Source of the DNA: Alloascoidea hylecoeti
Lineage: Eukaryota
DNA: 64,000 nucleotides
Direction: 5' to 3'
NCBI GenBank assembly: GCA_001600815.1
Contig: BCKZ01000011.1
Location: 537,622 to 601,621, forward strand
Shown here: positions 13,934 through 25,681 of the stretch, one piece after another
Position numbering within the stretch: the stretch's first letter is position 1
Layout of the letters: every line of letters begins with the position of its first letter
The notes under the pieces: generated by a model
What the model saw: the letters and a program-made list of their open reading frames with translations, nothing else
Told to the model about the DNA's origin: nothing
Database searches by the model: none
Translations under genes and position numbers: made by a program

Positions 13934-14999
13934 TAATAATAACAATAATAATAATAATCATAATGGAGGAGGAATATCAAAAGAATCATCAATTTTATTA
14001 AAAGAATTTTCAAAATTAAATGATAATTTGCTAAAAGAACAAAATTTAAAATTTAAAATTTTAAATAATGAATTAGAAATTTTAAAAAAAAATTTAATTG
14101 AATTAAGAAGACCACCAAATTCAGCAACGTTAAGAGAAAAATTATCATTTTTATATCCATACAATTTAAATGAAAAATTTCCTGCATTCATATGGCAAAC
14201 ATGGAAATATGGTATAAATGATAAAGATAATTTTAATAATAATGAAGGTAAAATTGATTTATTAAAAAGTGAAAATGAATGGAAATTAAAAAATCCAGGA
14301 TTTGTCAAAGAATTATTCAATGATGACACTTCGGACGCAATTATTAGACATTTATATATTCACTTAGAAGATGTTATTGAAGCATATGATTCACTACCAT
14401 TGTCAATTTTAAAAATGGATTTTTTCCGATACTTGATCCTATTTGCAAAAGGAGGAGTATATGCGGATATTGATACATTGCCGTTACAACCCGTACCGAA
14501 TTGGATACCGGAGAATGTTGAAGCTAAGGAACTTGGAATGATTATTGGGATCGAGGCCGATCCAGGAACACCGGATTGGAGGAATACGTACGCAAGACGA
14601 ATCCAAATATGCAATTGGGTAATTCAAGCGAAAGCCGGACATCCGATATTAAGAGAGATCATCGCACGGATTACGGAGGAGACGTTGGAGCGGAAAAGAC
14701 GAGGGCGACTGACGCTATCGGACGACACGAGTAAGAATCTGGAGATTATGGAGTGGACGGGCGCAGGGATATGGACGGATGTTATATTCACGTATTTCAA
14801 CGATTATGTGCAGAGCGACATATATTCGCAGGTGTCGTGGAGGGATTTCACCAACCTGGAGATACCCAAGCTGGTGTCGGATGTGCTCGTGCTGCCCATC
14901 AGCAGCTTCAGCCCGGGCATCGGCGTCATGGGCGCGCACGACGAGAGCCATCCGCTGGCGTTCGTGAAACACCACTTCGAGAGCCTGTGGAAGCAGTAG
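13689..14999 (+). CDS. OCH1: Initiating alpha-1,6-mannosyltransferase (GT32)
   Basis: N-terminal type II anchor; IWQTWK, DFFRYLILFAKGGVYADIDT (DxD), GIEADP, VLVLPISSFSPG. HOC1 paralogue not excluded. Confidence 0.88.
13884..13958 (+). repeat. (AAT/AAC)n microsatellite encoding poly-Asn in the Och1 stem
   Basis: About 25 consecutive Asn codons. Confidence 0.95.
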
Positions 15000-15092
15000 G
15001 TTTAATATACGTTTAGAGTTCGTTATCGGTGTGCAGGTGGCAACCGCTTCCGCTTTGGGGCGGGTGCCGCCGGATGTAGGGCTGCGCGGCGC

Positions 15093-15171
15093 TGTGCGTG
15101 TGCGTGCGTGCGCGTGCGCGGCCAATCGCCGGCTGGCCCCCGGCTGGCCCCCGGTGGGCCCCCGGTGGGCC
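15093..15171. repeat. GC-rich core: 28-nt alternating pyrimidine-purine tract plus about four copies of an 11-mer (GGCTGGCCCCC / GGTGGGCCCCC)
   Basis: tgtgcgtgtgcgtgcgtgcgcgtgcgcg at 15093-15120; 11-mer units start at 15131, 15142, 15153 and 15164 (partial). Confidence 0.9.
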
Positions 15172-15550
15172 TCTCAGCAGCCGGGCGGCATTTTCCAGAA
15201 ACAGAACGCTCTTTTTTTTCATTTATCACTATCTTTTTATCTTTTTTTTTCGCTTCCTCTCGCTCCTCGCTCTCCCGCTTCTCCACCCACCCAGCACTCA
15301 CATCCAGCACTCGCACGTTTAGCCCATTCGCAACAATAATGTCCGGTTAAGCGTTCTGGCCCTGTGTGAAAATATTGAGGCCCCAGTGCAGACTTATTAC
15401 TGAAGATACGGATCGACAATCAGAAATCAAATCAAATCAAATTCAAAGATAACAAAACAAAGCAAAATTATTTTATTTAAAATGACCTCGACGCTCGCAA
15501 AAAGGGATGTCTCCACCGTTAATGCCCACTTCTGCCCGAAAAGAGATAAG

Positions 15551-18500
15551 ATGCTGAACATGTTGCTTTTCCCCAGTGCCAACAGTGCCAACAGTGCCAA
15601 CACTCCCACCGCGCCGGATACGACTGCCGAGTGTGAGGACTCAACCACCCGATACTTGTTGTACGGCACTCCTCTCCACGTGCCGTCCCCGGTTATGGAC
15701 CCCGCGACGGATATCAGGATTATCATTGCTCAGGACCCTCTCATTGCCACGTCGAGACAGCCTTTGTTCGATTCTTTGCTGTCAAAACAACAACAACAAC
15801 AACAACAGCAGCAGCAGCAGCCTGAGAAGTCAAGAAATGTTAATGCCAGAAGAAGGCAACAATCTGCTACTCAGCATTGTTCTTCCTCCATGCTACATGC
15901 CTCTCAGTATCTAGATTACATGTTTGGTACCGTCCCACTAAATTCAAAAAATACAATCTTAAGAATACATCCTCTGAATAAAATCGAAAAGGATCCAAAA
16001 ACTTCTTTTTTAATAACAAATGTTTTCCTAGTTGACTCTTTGACATCAACGTCGACGTCAACTTCAACTTCAAATTCAAATTCAAATTCTAATTCTAATT
16101 TAAATGCAAATGCAAATGCAAATGCAAATGCAACTACAACTACAACTACAAACTCTTTATTTAATAATATTACTGATCATGATGAATTATCTTGGAACCC
16201 AAAACCAACTATCATTTCAAATTTCGAATCCGGTCAAAGATTTGCAATTGGCTTAATAATTACTTTTTCTTCTTCGGATATTCAACTATTTATACAAAAT
16301 AATTGGGAAGAAATTTCTTATAATTTAGCAATTTTACAATCAAAAGTTGTTGAAAAATTAAGAATATTATTATCTGAAAATCCAATAACTTCATCACCTC
16401 AATCTTCAACAAATCCAATAAATATAAATTTAAATATTAATTCAAAAAATTATACAAGAAGATTTAAAAATTATAATTCAAAACAATTAAAACCTTTTAA
16501 TTTACAATCTGATCATGATATTTTAAAATCAACAGATTTTTTAAAATTTTCAATTTATAGTTTAGCTTGTATACCAAGAATTTTATGTTGTCAAGATATT
16601 AATAATTTTTTATCTGATGAAATTAATTTATGGTTAAAAAATAAAGATGGTTATAATTTAAATTCTTCAAATTTATGTAATAATAATGGAAATAGATTTT
16701 TAGCAACAATTTTAAATTCTGTTTTATTATCAAGAAATGATTTAATCATTAAACCATGCAAAAGAAGAACAATTAAAATTTCTAAAAATGATAAAGAAAA
16801 TGGTAATAAAAAAAATGGTACACCTGTTTCAAGAATTGTTATACAAACTGGTAATCCTGTTATTGCAAGAATATTAATTTTTATTTTAGCTTCAATTATA
16901 CCTGATAATGTTTTAAATCAAATTAATAAAATTGAATCATCATCTCCATCAAAAGTTTTAAATAATAAATCTTCTGATAATTTATTAACAACAATAGATT
17001 GTTTTGATCAATGTTCAAATTCTTCAATTTCTTCTTCATCAATTGTACCACCAAGTACACCCAATGCAACATCAATTGGTTGGGAAATTCCACAAGTAAG
17101 ATCACATATTTCATCACCAACACAAACTTCACAATATGTTAATGTAAATTCTTCAACTTCAACAAGAAGTTCAATTTGTTCATCTTCTGTTTTATTATCT
17201 TCAAGTTTATCATCATGTTCAAATTATAATTATCATAGTCCTGAATCTTTAAATTCATCATGGTCAAATTATGGAAAATCTTTTTTAGATTCTTTTAAAT
17301 GGAAACATAATTCAAATTCAAATTCAAATTCAAATTCAAATTCATCAACTACAAATATAACTATTAATAATTCAAATTCAAATTCAAATTCAAGAAGAGG
17401 ATCATTTGTTGATTATACAAATCATTATATTTTTCCAACATCATCATCAATTTCAAATGATTATGATTCAAATTTATTAGGAAATGATTATTTTAATATT
17501 AAAATGAAATCAAAATCATCATTTGATTTATTAAATGATTATAAAAATAATAATCCAAGACCAAGTTTATTAAAATTCCCATCATCTGATAGATCAACAA
17601 CAATGGTATGGACATCAAAATCATCATCATCATCATCACCATCAATTTCAAAAAATACAAAAAAACTTGAAATTGATATTCCAAATCATACAATTATAAA
17701 TAAAACTAGAAGTACTTCTCAAACAAATTCAAATACAAGTACTATTGTACGGGATAATGATAATGATAATGATAATGATAATGATATTGATAATGATATT
17801 GATGAAGAAAGGAATTCATTTTGGGATCATTTAATTCCACCTATAAAAAATTTAAATATTTCTAAAAATGATAATTATAATAATGATAATGATGATGGAA
17901 TTTTTAATATTGATTTAGATTTTAATAAATCAAATTCAATTGAAAAAAAAACAAATAAATTTTCAAATAAAAAAGATTATGATTTAAATTTAAATTTAAA
18001 TACATCATCAAAAAATTCAAAAATTATTGTTCCATTACATCCAATTTGTGGTTATGTTTCAAATTTTCATTCTGAATTTTCAATTCAAGCATGTAAAAAT
18101 CAAATTAAAAATGATTTAGAAAATAAAATTATTGATTGTTTAAAATTAGATTCAAAATTTATTGTTGATACAATAATTGATGATAATATGTTTGTTAATA
18201 AAGAAAAGAGTAATTTGAAAAAAACTGATTGGATTGTTTTATCAAAATGTTGTTTTATTAGTTTAAAAGAAAGAGAAATTAAAGAGATTTGTTTATGTCG
18301 AAAATATTATAAGTATGATGAATCAAAAACATCATCAATTATTACAAATAATAATGATGATAATAAAAATAAAAAACATGGTAAGAAAAATTCAATTTCT
18401 TCACCTTCATTTTATGAATCATTATCATTATCAAGTAATAAATTATTTGGTTCTTCAAATATAGCAAGGACAAATTCAAATTCAAATTCAAATATAACAA

Positions 18501-18889
18501 TTGAAAATGATCAAAATGATAATGATGAAATTAAAAAATTAAATTCAAATGGAAATGAAAATGAAAATGAAAATTTAAATGATGAAATATATTATAAAGA
18601 AAAAATTATTACAAAAAAAATTTTCTTTAATAATAAACCAATTAATTTTTTAGAAAATGATATTAATAAAGTTTCTGAATTATTAGAAAAAATTGCAATG
18701 AGTAGTGATACTTTTAATAACAATAATAATAAAAGAAATATAAATTCAAATTCAATTAATAATGAATCAAAATTAAGTGATTCAAATGATGATGATAATG
18801 TTGATGATGATGAAAAAAATAAAGAATTTAATGATTATTATATATCCGAATTATTAAAAAAATTATTATCAATTCATGAAGAGAAATAA
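15551..18889 (+). CDS. LST4: Folliculin-interacting protein (FNIP)/Lst4 homolog; in-frame upstream ATG at 15482
   Basis: MLNMLL start, DIRIIIAQD, LDYMFG, FLITNVF, RFAIGL and RIVIQTGNPVIARILIFIL blocks resemble Lst4/FNIP; extensive N/S/Q low-complexity inserts. Confidence 0.78.
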   Translation: MLNMLLFPSANSANSANTPTAPDTTAECEDSTTRYLLYGTPLHVPSPVMDPATDIRIIIAQDPLIATSRQPLFDSLLSKQQQQQQQQQQQPEKSRNVNARRRQQSATQHCSSSMLHASQYLDYMFGTVPLNSKNTILRIHPLNKIEKDPKTSFLITNVFLVDSLTSTSTSTSTSNSNSNSNSNLNANANANANATTTTTTNSLFNNITDHDELSWNPKPTIISNFESGQRFAIGLIITFSSSDIQLFIQNNWEEISYNLAILQSKVVEKLRILLSENPITSSPQSSTNPININLNINSKNYTRRFKNYNSKQLKPFNLQSDHDILKSTDFLKFSIYSLACIPRILCCQDINNFLSDEINLWLKNKDGYNLNSSNLCNNNGNRFLATILNSVLLSRNDLIIKPCKRRTIKISKNDKENGNKKNGTPVSRIVIQTGNPVIARILIFILASIIPDNVLNQINKIESSSPSKVLNNKSSDNLLTTIDCFDQCSNSSISSSSIVPPSTPNATSIGWEIPQVRSHISSPTQTSQYVNVNSSTSTRSSICSSSVLLSSSLSSCSNYNYHSPESLNSSWSNYGKSFLDSFKWKHNSNSNSNSNSNSSTTNITINNSNSNSNSRRGSFVDYTNHYIFPTSSSISNDYDSNLLGNDYFNIKMKSKSSFDLLNDYKNNNPRPSLLKFPSSDRSTTMVWTSKSSSSSSPSISKNTKKLEIDIPNHTIINKTRSTSQTNSNTSTIVRDNDNDNDNDNDIDNDIDEERNSFWDHLIPPIKNLNISKNDNYNNDNDDGIFNIDLDFNKSNSIEKKTNKFSNKKDYDLNLNLNTSSKNSKIIVPLHPICGYVSNFHSEFSIQACKNQIKNDLENKIIDCLKLDSKFIVDTIIDDNMFVNKEKSNLKKTDWIVLSKCCFISLKEREIKEICLCRKYYKYDESKTSSIITNNNDDNKNKKHGKKNSISSPSFYESLSLSSNKLFGSSNIARTNSNSNSNITIENDQNDNDEIKKLNSNGNENENENLNDEIYYKEKIITKKIFFNNKPINFLENDINKVSELLEKIAMSSDTFNNNNNKRNINSNSINNESKLSDSNDDDNVDDDEKNKEFNDYYISELLKKLLSIHEEK

Positions 18890-18939
18890 GGTAATAATCT
18901 ATTTACCTTTATATTTATCTTTTTATATTTTTTATATTT

Positions 18940-19001
18940 TATTTATGTTTTGTTTTCTATTTTTTGTTTTATTTTATTTTGTTTTATTTTATTTTGTTTT
19001 G

Positions 19002-19032
<31 letters not shown>

Positions 19033-19085
19033 TTTTATTTTATTTTGTTTTATTTTATTTTATTTTATTTTATTTTGTTTATTTC
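18940..19085. repeat. (TTTTA/TTTTG)n pentamer microsatellite
   Basis: Directly visible downstream of the LST4 stop. Confidence 0.9.
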
Positions 19086-21949
19086 ATATTTGGATTTATC
19101 TCTCATTAATGATTAATTCTTTTAGATGTATTTTATTTTTTATATTAATAAGTTTGTCTTAAGTTTCTTTTCATATTTTTTTCGTTTTAATTTTGTTTTT
19201 TTTTTTTCCCTTTGAAATTTCATTATAATTATTTAAAGTTAGATTTATTTAGAAACCAGATCATATAGAAAATATTCATGTTAACGTTAAATGGGGGGTG
19301 TATTAAGAAATGAATGAAGTAATTGCAATATAAAAATGATTTTAATTTAATTTAATCTAATATTTTTTTCTATCAATTAATAAGAAGTAAAATAATTCAC
19401 GTTAGTTAATTATAATTAAGTTCTGCTTATTGGTGAATAATCGTTTACAGTAAGTAAATCTTTAACAATAGTCAATGACTCAAGATAGATTTGTTGTATG
19501 TCTTGCAACTAAATTACATCCATTTCTGTTGAAAAAGATTAAGATCCAGATGATAGTGTTGCCACCCCACTAGAGAATAACTTTCAAGATAACTACATTC
19601 TCTAATATTCATAAAGGATTATTAAGTTAAACTAAGTACCTAGTTCCTCATTGTTCAATTGGAAGAAAGAACTGAACTAATCCCCATCTAAGGATATCAA
19701 AGTACAGGATAATTACCATATAATGAGGACAATGAATAAGACTGCTTGAAACAAAGAATAATTTATAGAAAGCTGATGAACGAGAGACAGACTGATAGGA
19801 GTCGGAAAGAGTTGAAGGAAAACTAATGGTCCACAGACAGAAAAATAATATCCCTAAATTGAGAATGTTTTTAAAGTATTTAAACATATCTATAGGTATG
19901 TATATATCCATAGTTTTAATTTAATAACAACTTCATTAAAATCAAAATAATATAACTTTTCATATAGATATTTCTCCCCTTTGCAAATTTACATTGAAGA
20001 GAGTCACTCAAAAGTATTAATTTAACGAAAGATGATGTGTAATATTGATATAGTAGATTAAGAATGAAAGATAGATATTCAGATGGTGTATATTAAAGTG
20101 AAACCTACTTACTTATATACTGATCTATAACATTTAAAGAAAATAAGCTAATATGAGTCAAAATTTTGATATATGAATGAGATGAAATATTCATCTTATT
20201 ATGTCAATTATCTATGTTGGATATTGAAAGTTTTAGGCAGCCAACAAAGGGTTGTATTACTCTATGGTGTAACCGGTTTCAACAGGAACTTTGATAATCT
20301 AGATAAATTAATAGAATATATATGAAGCCTATTACCTGTATCAAGTTAACAATATAAGCAATTAATATGATACAAAACATTTGTGAATAATTTCTTATCC
20401 TTCTATTACTGGTTTCTATTTCAAATAATATAGAAAACAAACACCAATATGATTTTAATATATCCTTGGCTTTGTTGGTGACACACAAGCTACACACCCA
20501 AAACTATAAAAATCTTTTGTTGCCGTGATTGATAGTAGATTTACAATATTTTTAATACTTCAATCAATTAACTTTAACTGTATTGACTTCATGAATCTTT
20601 TTATCTATCAATAAGAAATGATGCATCTTTATCAACAGCTTTAGAAGTTACTTATCTTAAATCCCTTTATAACTTTTTTTAAATTCAATTTTCTTAAAGT
20701 TTTAAAATTTTAAGATGATATAATTGCAAGTGTTTCACGAAAATCTCCCACTTGCAATCTCGAGAAATATAAAAAGCTTTATGTTAGTTTATGGTACATC
20801 TATTCTTTTTCTAATTTGCGTACAGATTTTTTTTAATTTTAAGATATTTTGTTTCTAACTCTTTTTTCGATCGATCTTGGCATTGTACAGAATGAGATGA
20901 TGATATAATCAAATCAAACTGATGAACCTCAAAATATTCAAAAAAAAAAGGGTTGCAACTTGCAAGTACAAAAATTATAAGAATCAATTAATGCTAAACA
21001 ATTTAAAATTAATATTAGACAACTTTAGATTAATGTTAGACAATTTAAGATACGGTTAAAGATCTGTCAATAATAGATTGATTATTTAAACCTTAAGCAA
21101 TGAGGGGCTTATTATATTCCCACTGGTGAATTGTTCGGAATCATATCTCAAATATTTTGACTTGCCGTTATTACTGTGACAGTTAATTATTAATATTGCG
21201 CAAAAAGGAAAATATAAATTACATATAACTAACTATATTAAACTATAACAAACCAAAGTAACCAAACACTGATCATGACTTAGTAAATGTTGTTGAATTA
21301 TCCATTCGGATCATCTATTTTTTATGTGATGGAACACTCGGGTATGTATCCGTATTCCAGGTTCGTTGAAGTTATTAAAAACTCTCTAACATGGTAAATT
21401 GGTATACGTAATATGAATGTGCAGGTGATAGACATAGATTAGAAGTCCAAAACAATAATTGCTGTAAATGAAATCATATTTTCAAGTATCATTTAATATT
21501 TTTAAACGTGCTAGAATTTTTATCCATGTAGAAGAAAGTTATATAATTTAGTTTAATATTATCTAAATCGCATTAATATTAATTTTATTGTAAGCTTAGA
21601 ATAATATAGTACGTAATTTTTGATCCACAGTGCACACACACATAACAACCATTGTGAACTTTGAAGGCATTCACAAAATCGGTTAATACCATTAATTATG
21701 TTATATTATTTTTATTCCACTATTAAAATAAGGAGTAAATCTAAGATCTAACTAGTTTTATATAATAATTATATAGAAAAAAGCAGATACACGTATAGAA
21801 ACTGAACTGCTATTTAGGCGTTTAATTTCATGATAAATGTATTTAAGTCGTTATATTTCTCTGAAAATATACCACTAAATCAAAAAAAAGTTTAACTTAC
21901 TTAACTATCTATTATTATCAGGATTCAGGACTGTCCAGCATATCACAAA

Positions 21950-23393
21950 ATGGTATCAATCCCACATGAATTAAGCTCTAAAAGAGATGGCATAATCAGA
22001 TCTGTAGATGCTGTTGAATAGTATTATGGATTATTAAAGATCCTTGGTTATTGGCCAATATATTTACTGATGATATAAGAGGAGAAGCAAAAATGGAGAT
22101 ATATTGAAAATATTGACTTAAACGATGTTGTTGAATTTCGTTACATTAAAAATGAACAAGAAGACTCAAAGAGTCCTTTAAATTCAAAATTAGTTTCTGA
22201 AATGCTTCACCATTCTTTCCTTCGGACCAATATCAATAAAAGGGACGTTATATTATGGAAAGTAGTTGTTTTAAATGATGTCGAGGTTTGTTTTATTTAT
22301 GATCATGCATTATTAGATGGAAGATCTGGTCAATTCGTTCAAACAAAACAAGCATCTTTGAGACACTCAGAGAGCTTGAAAATGTTCCTCTAGATAATAG
22401 CTTGGTGACAACAGTTGGTTGGGCAGATTTACCAGAGATTGTCCCACATATCAATTATCCAAAATCAATCCCTTACAATGCCCTAAGTTTTCTTATTTAT
22501 TGAAGTTTATTTTATTTCCTATTCTTCCAAATTATCTAAAATCAAAGGAGTTAATATTCACACCAGCGCCTTCGCCAATTCCAAAGTCTGAGAACGCAAA
22601 AGGAATCCCAGAACAAATGGACTTTGGTAGGTCTAAAGTTGAATTACTTTATCTTAACACTGAAGAGACTCAGAATATTATAAACGCTTGTAAGAAAAAA
22701 AAATCAAGCACAACAGCTTTTATTAACCAGGTAGCTATTGAAGCAGTTAGCAAAATTACTGGAATTAATAAACTTCGACATCTAACATCTCTTGATGCCA
22801 GAAAATGCATCTCTTCTTCAAATCCAATTATTAGAAATAATGATCCAAGAAAACTACTTGGTTTTTTCACATCAATATTTGATTCATATTATAACGGAGA
22901 ATCTACTATATCATTTTGACAGAAGGTAATAAATCATACAGCCGAAATTAAGCAGAAAAGTGATGCAAAGTATGTGATTACTGAGACACTTCCATGTTTA
23001 GTTTATTCATTTCTCTTCCCAAATACTTATAAGTTCCTAGATATGGTTGCCTCAAATAAAAGAGAAGATGCAATGCTGTTATCAAACCTAGGGCTTGTGA
23101 AGTTTGATTATAAACAAGAATCAAAATTCAATATTGAACGTATGAATTTTATGGCAAATGGCCCATTTACTGCAATTACAATTGACGTTATTACAACAAA
23201 TAGCACTGGGTCACCAGTTATGTCAATTTTTCTACATGATGGCCCTAACGCATTAAATAATGACGGAGATTTACGAAAACTTAAGGATATTATTAAGCAA
23301 ACAATAACTGATCGTGATATTTTGATGTTAAGACCATCTGAGGATGATTCGAAAAAATCATCATTCATTGATATAGAAGAAAAGAGCTTGTGA
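21950..23393 (+). pseudogene. Alcohol O-acetyltransferase (Atf1/Atf2/Sli1-like AATase) pseudogene
   Basis: IDLNDVV, WKVVVLN...CFIYDHALLDGRSG (HxxxDG) and LLSNLG motifs. Stops at 22019-22021 and 22076-22078, a frameshift near 22350-22420, and TGA at 22917-22919 where FW is expected. Confidence 0.85.
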
Positions 23394-23781
23394 AATTGTT
23401 GGAGGTATGGAAAGCATTTTGTAACTTACATGTAGCTGCAGTAGAATTTATGATAGCACACATATAATTAATATTGCATTGGTGGCATAGTTTTTTGGTT
23501 ATTCGTTTAATGTTGTAAAACATCCAATTGTTAATATAACTCTTTCTAGTAATAATAATATATTTTTAACCTTTATTAAAATTTTCAATTAAAATTTTAA
23601 TCAGAAACTACTTAGATGAGGAACTCAGATTTTGCATGGAAACCCTCAAAATATTAGCCGGTTGCAATCAATAAAACAACATTCTAATATTTCCTGATTT
23701 GATTTTGAGATCGACAGTACCTTAAACTTTTAAATGGAAAGTATTGGACTGTTTGTAAAGAATAAGAAGAACTTCCTTTTT

Positions 23782-24052
23782 TGTAAAAATTGACAAGAAT
23801 TCTGAGGGAAAGTTGCAAAAAAACAACCGCCAAATAAAATACTTCAATTCCGGCCGTTATTTGAGATAACATTACTTCAAATTTTGGACTATATAAAGTC
23901 TATAAATAAAACTACCAGATTCTAATCTGTCTCGCCTAATATTATCAATACCTTTATATAGACAATAAATAATTTTGTTAGATTTTAAGCAATGCTAGCA
24001 ATTCGTATCTCTTATAAATCTGTTATGATGCATATGTAGTCGCGGTCTTACC
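23782..24052 (+). mobile_element. Diverged LTR-like repeat, same family as the flanks of the gap at 39.7-40.1 kb
   Basis: 28-bp identity TTTATATAGACAATAAATAATTTTGTTA (23953 vs 39988) plus a downstream TGCATATG..CGCGGT..TTACC match; TATA and AATAAA present; left boundary uncertain. Confidence 0.55.
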
Positions 24053-24799
24053 CTATAAAATCATACAATTGCAAACGTTACCCGTGAAAATAATTATAAC
24101 CCTTAAGATACTGACATACATGTATACCGGTATATTATATTCAATTATTTATTGCCCCACTTCATTCCATCATTTTCCAATTGGGGTTAGAATTCGGGTA
24201 TTATTTCCGAATTATAGGAAAATTTTCTATATTAACGTTGTTTTCAGATTCTTCATTGCGTATATATTTATTTTTGATACTATAAATAACGTTAACTCTT
24301 ATTCTCCGTATATATGTCGCCGTGAATAAAAGATTATCGGGTTAATTCCCAAGACTAACCATAACATGGTACACAGATTAATAATAAAAATTGATCAATT
24401 ATTGTATTAATTGATATCTAGCAATAAGCGTGTTGAAAAAAGTAATTTATAGCAAGTTATTCATAAAATTACAAAAACTATACGTTAATATTTGCAAGGT
24501 AAAGAATGTCAGGGTTATAAATCTATAAGCTAAATAGCTATGCATATAACTTATACAACTTATACTGTCATGGAGAAAGTTGCAAGCTTACCTAAAATTA
24601 ATTGTAAATATAATTTTAGTCTTATAAATGATGGATATAGACTATACAAATAAATTAAATGACTAAACATTAACGCGCATCGTGGTATTCACATCACATG
24701 TATGACCTAACTTATAATGGTTTGATCAAGATCTGAAGGTCCATACCTATTTATTAATATTTATATAAACAAATCAAAAGTATATTAATATATTTCATC

Positions 24800-24960
24800 C
24801 AGGTCCGGTTTTGTAGACGCCTTTAGAGTTTCAATCTCTTCCTTTTGTTGTTGTCGTCTCTTCTCTCATCGATCTGACGTTTTCCAATATTGCTTGGGTT
24901 GCTTGTGCCATGATAGGAAGCGAGTCTCTGGTAGACTTATCACCTTTATATGATTTGGGC
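24800..24960 (-). mobile_element. Possible decayed retrotransposon gag fragment
   Basis: Broken frame PKSYKGDKS...MAQATQAILENVRSM...QQQKEEIETLK; only a weak resemblance to gypsy Gag. Confidence 0.25.
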
Positions 24961-25259
24961 ATCAATACAATTCTTTATAGACTTTCCGTTCTTACGAATG
25001 TGTATTAGCCAATACAATATGACAACCATCGTAAAATGACCCATGTCACTTTAATTCTCTAGTTATAAAGCCCCGAACGCTTAAAAGCAGCATATGACGA
25101 ATTATACTTTAAGAAGCGGCGAATTTTTATTTTATTTTCCATAGAACGTAATATTTGTCTTCCAATTGACAAAATATTTTTGTTTGTCAGGCAGAGGACG
25201 TAATAAATAAAGGACAATTGGCGAAACGTTGTGTCTCCCGAGAAGCTAACTTTTTATTT

Positions 25260-25681
25260 CCAGTCAGCTGAAATTACACACATTATAATGACAAGATCTT
25301 CACCCCGATATGGCGAATTCAGAGTAAAAAAACTGTAACTGAGGGTCACTTTATGAATGACTCGGATGACTACAAAAATGGAAGACAATTCTAAACGATA
25401 AAAACAAAGAGGCTAAAAAGTTGCTAGGAACATGTATATATCTTTGACAGTAAGTGATTAGAAAAGAGTTTGCCACTGCTAAAGACAACAAAAATACCAT
25501 GTACTTACAAGAGTTAACTATAGTGAAAGGGGGTGCCATGGAGGTCAAGAATCGTCTGTCAGATGTATTTCCAAAGTTATGGGATTAGCCAGATCAATTA
25601 CTTTTTGACCGACTCATCAGATCCTTCGCAAAGCGACTAAAGCAAGTTACCATACCAAAAGGAGGCCATATTGAGTACTAA
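25260..25681 (+). mobile_element. Tc1/mariner transposase relic, C-terminal part
   Basis: Ends FDRLIRSFAKRLKQVTIPKGGHIEY*, matching the typical Tc1 C-terminus (SMPRRLxAVIxAKGGxTKY); homologous to 60970-61240. Confidence 0.8.

Noticed and set aside
13625..14614. Antisense ORFs, including a poly-Leu one
   Set aside because: Mirror of OCH1 and its AAT repeat.
14715..15419. Cluster of overlapping short ORFs on both strands
   Set aside because: By-product of high GC (few stop codons); no recognisable protein features.
18876..19162. Phe-rich ORFs (also 53937-54131)
   Set aside because: Translations of T-rich microsatellite or poly-A/T DNA.
20236..20483. CCAACAAAG inverted pair as MITE ends
   Set aside because: Only a 9-bp core, no TSD and no second copy seen.
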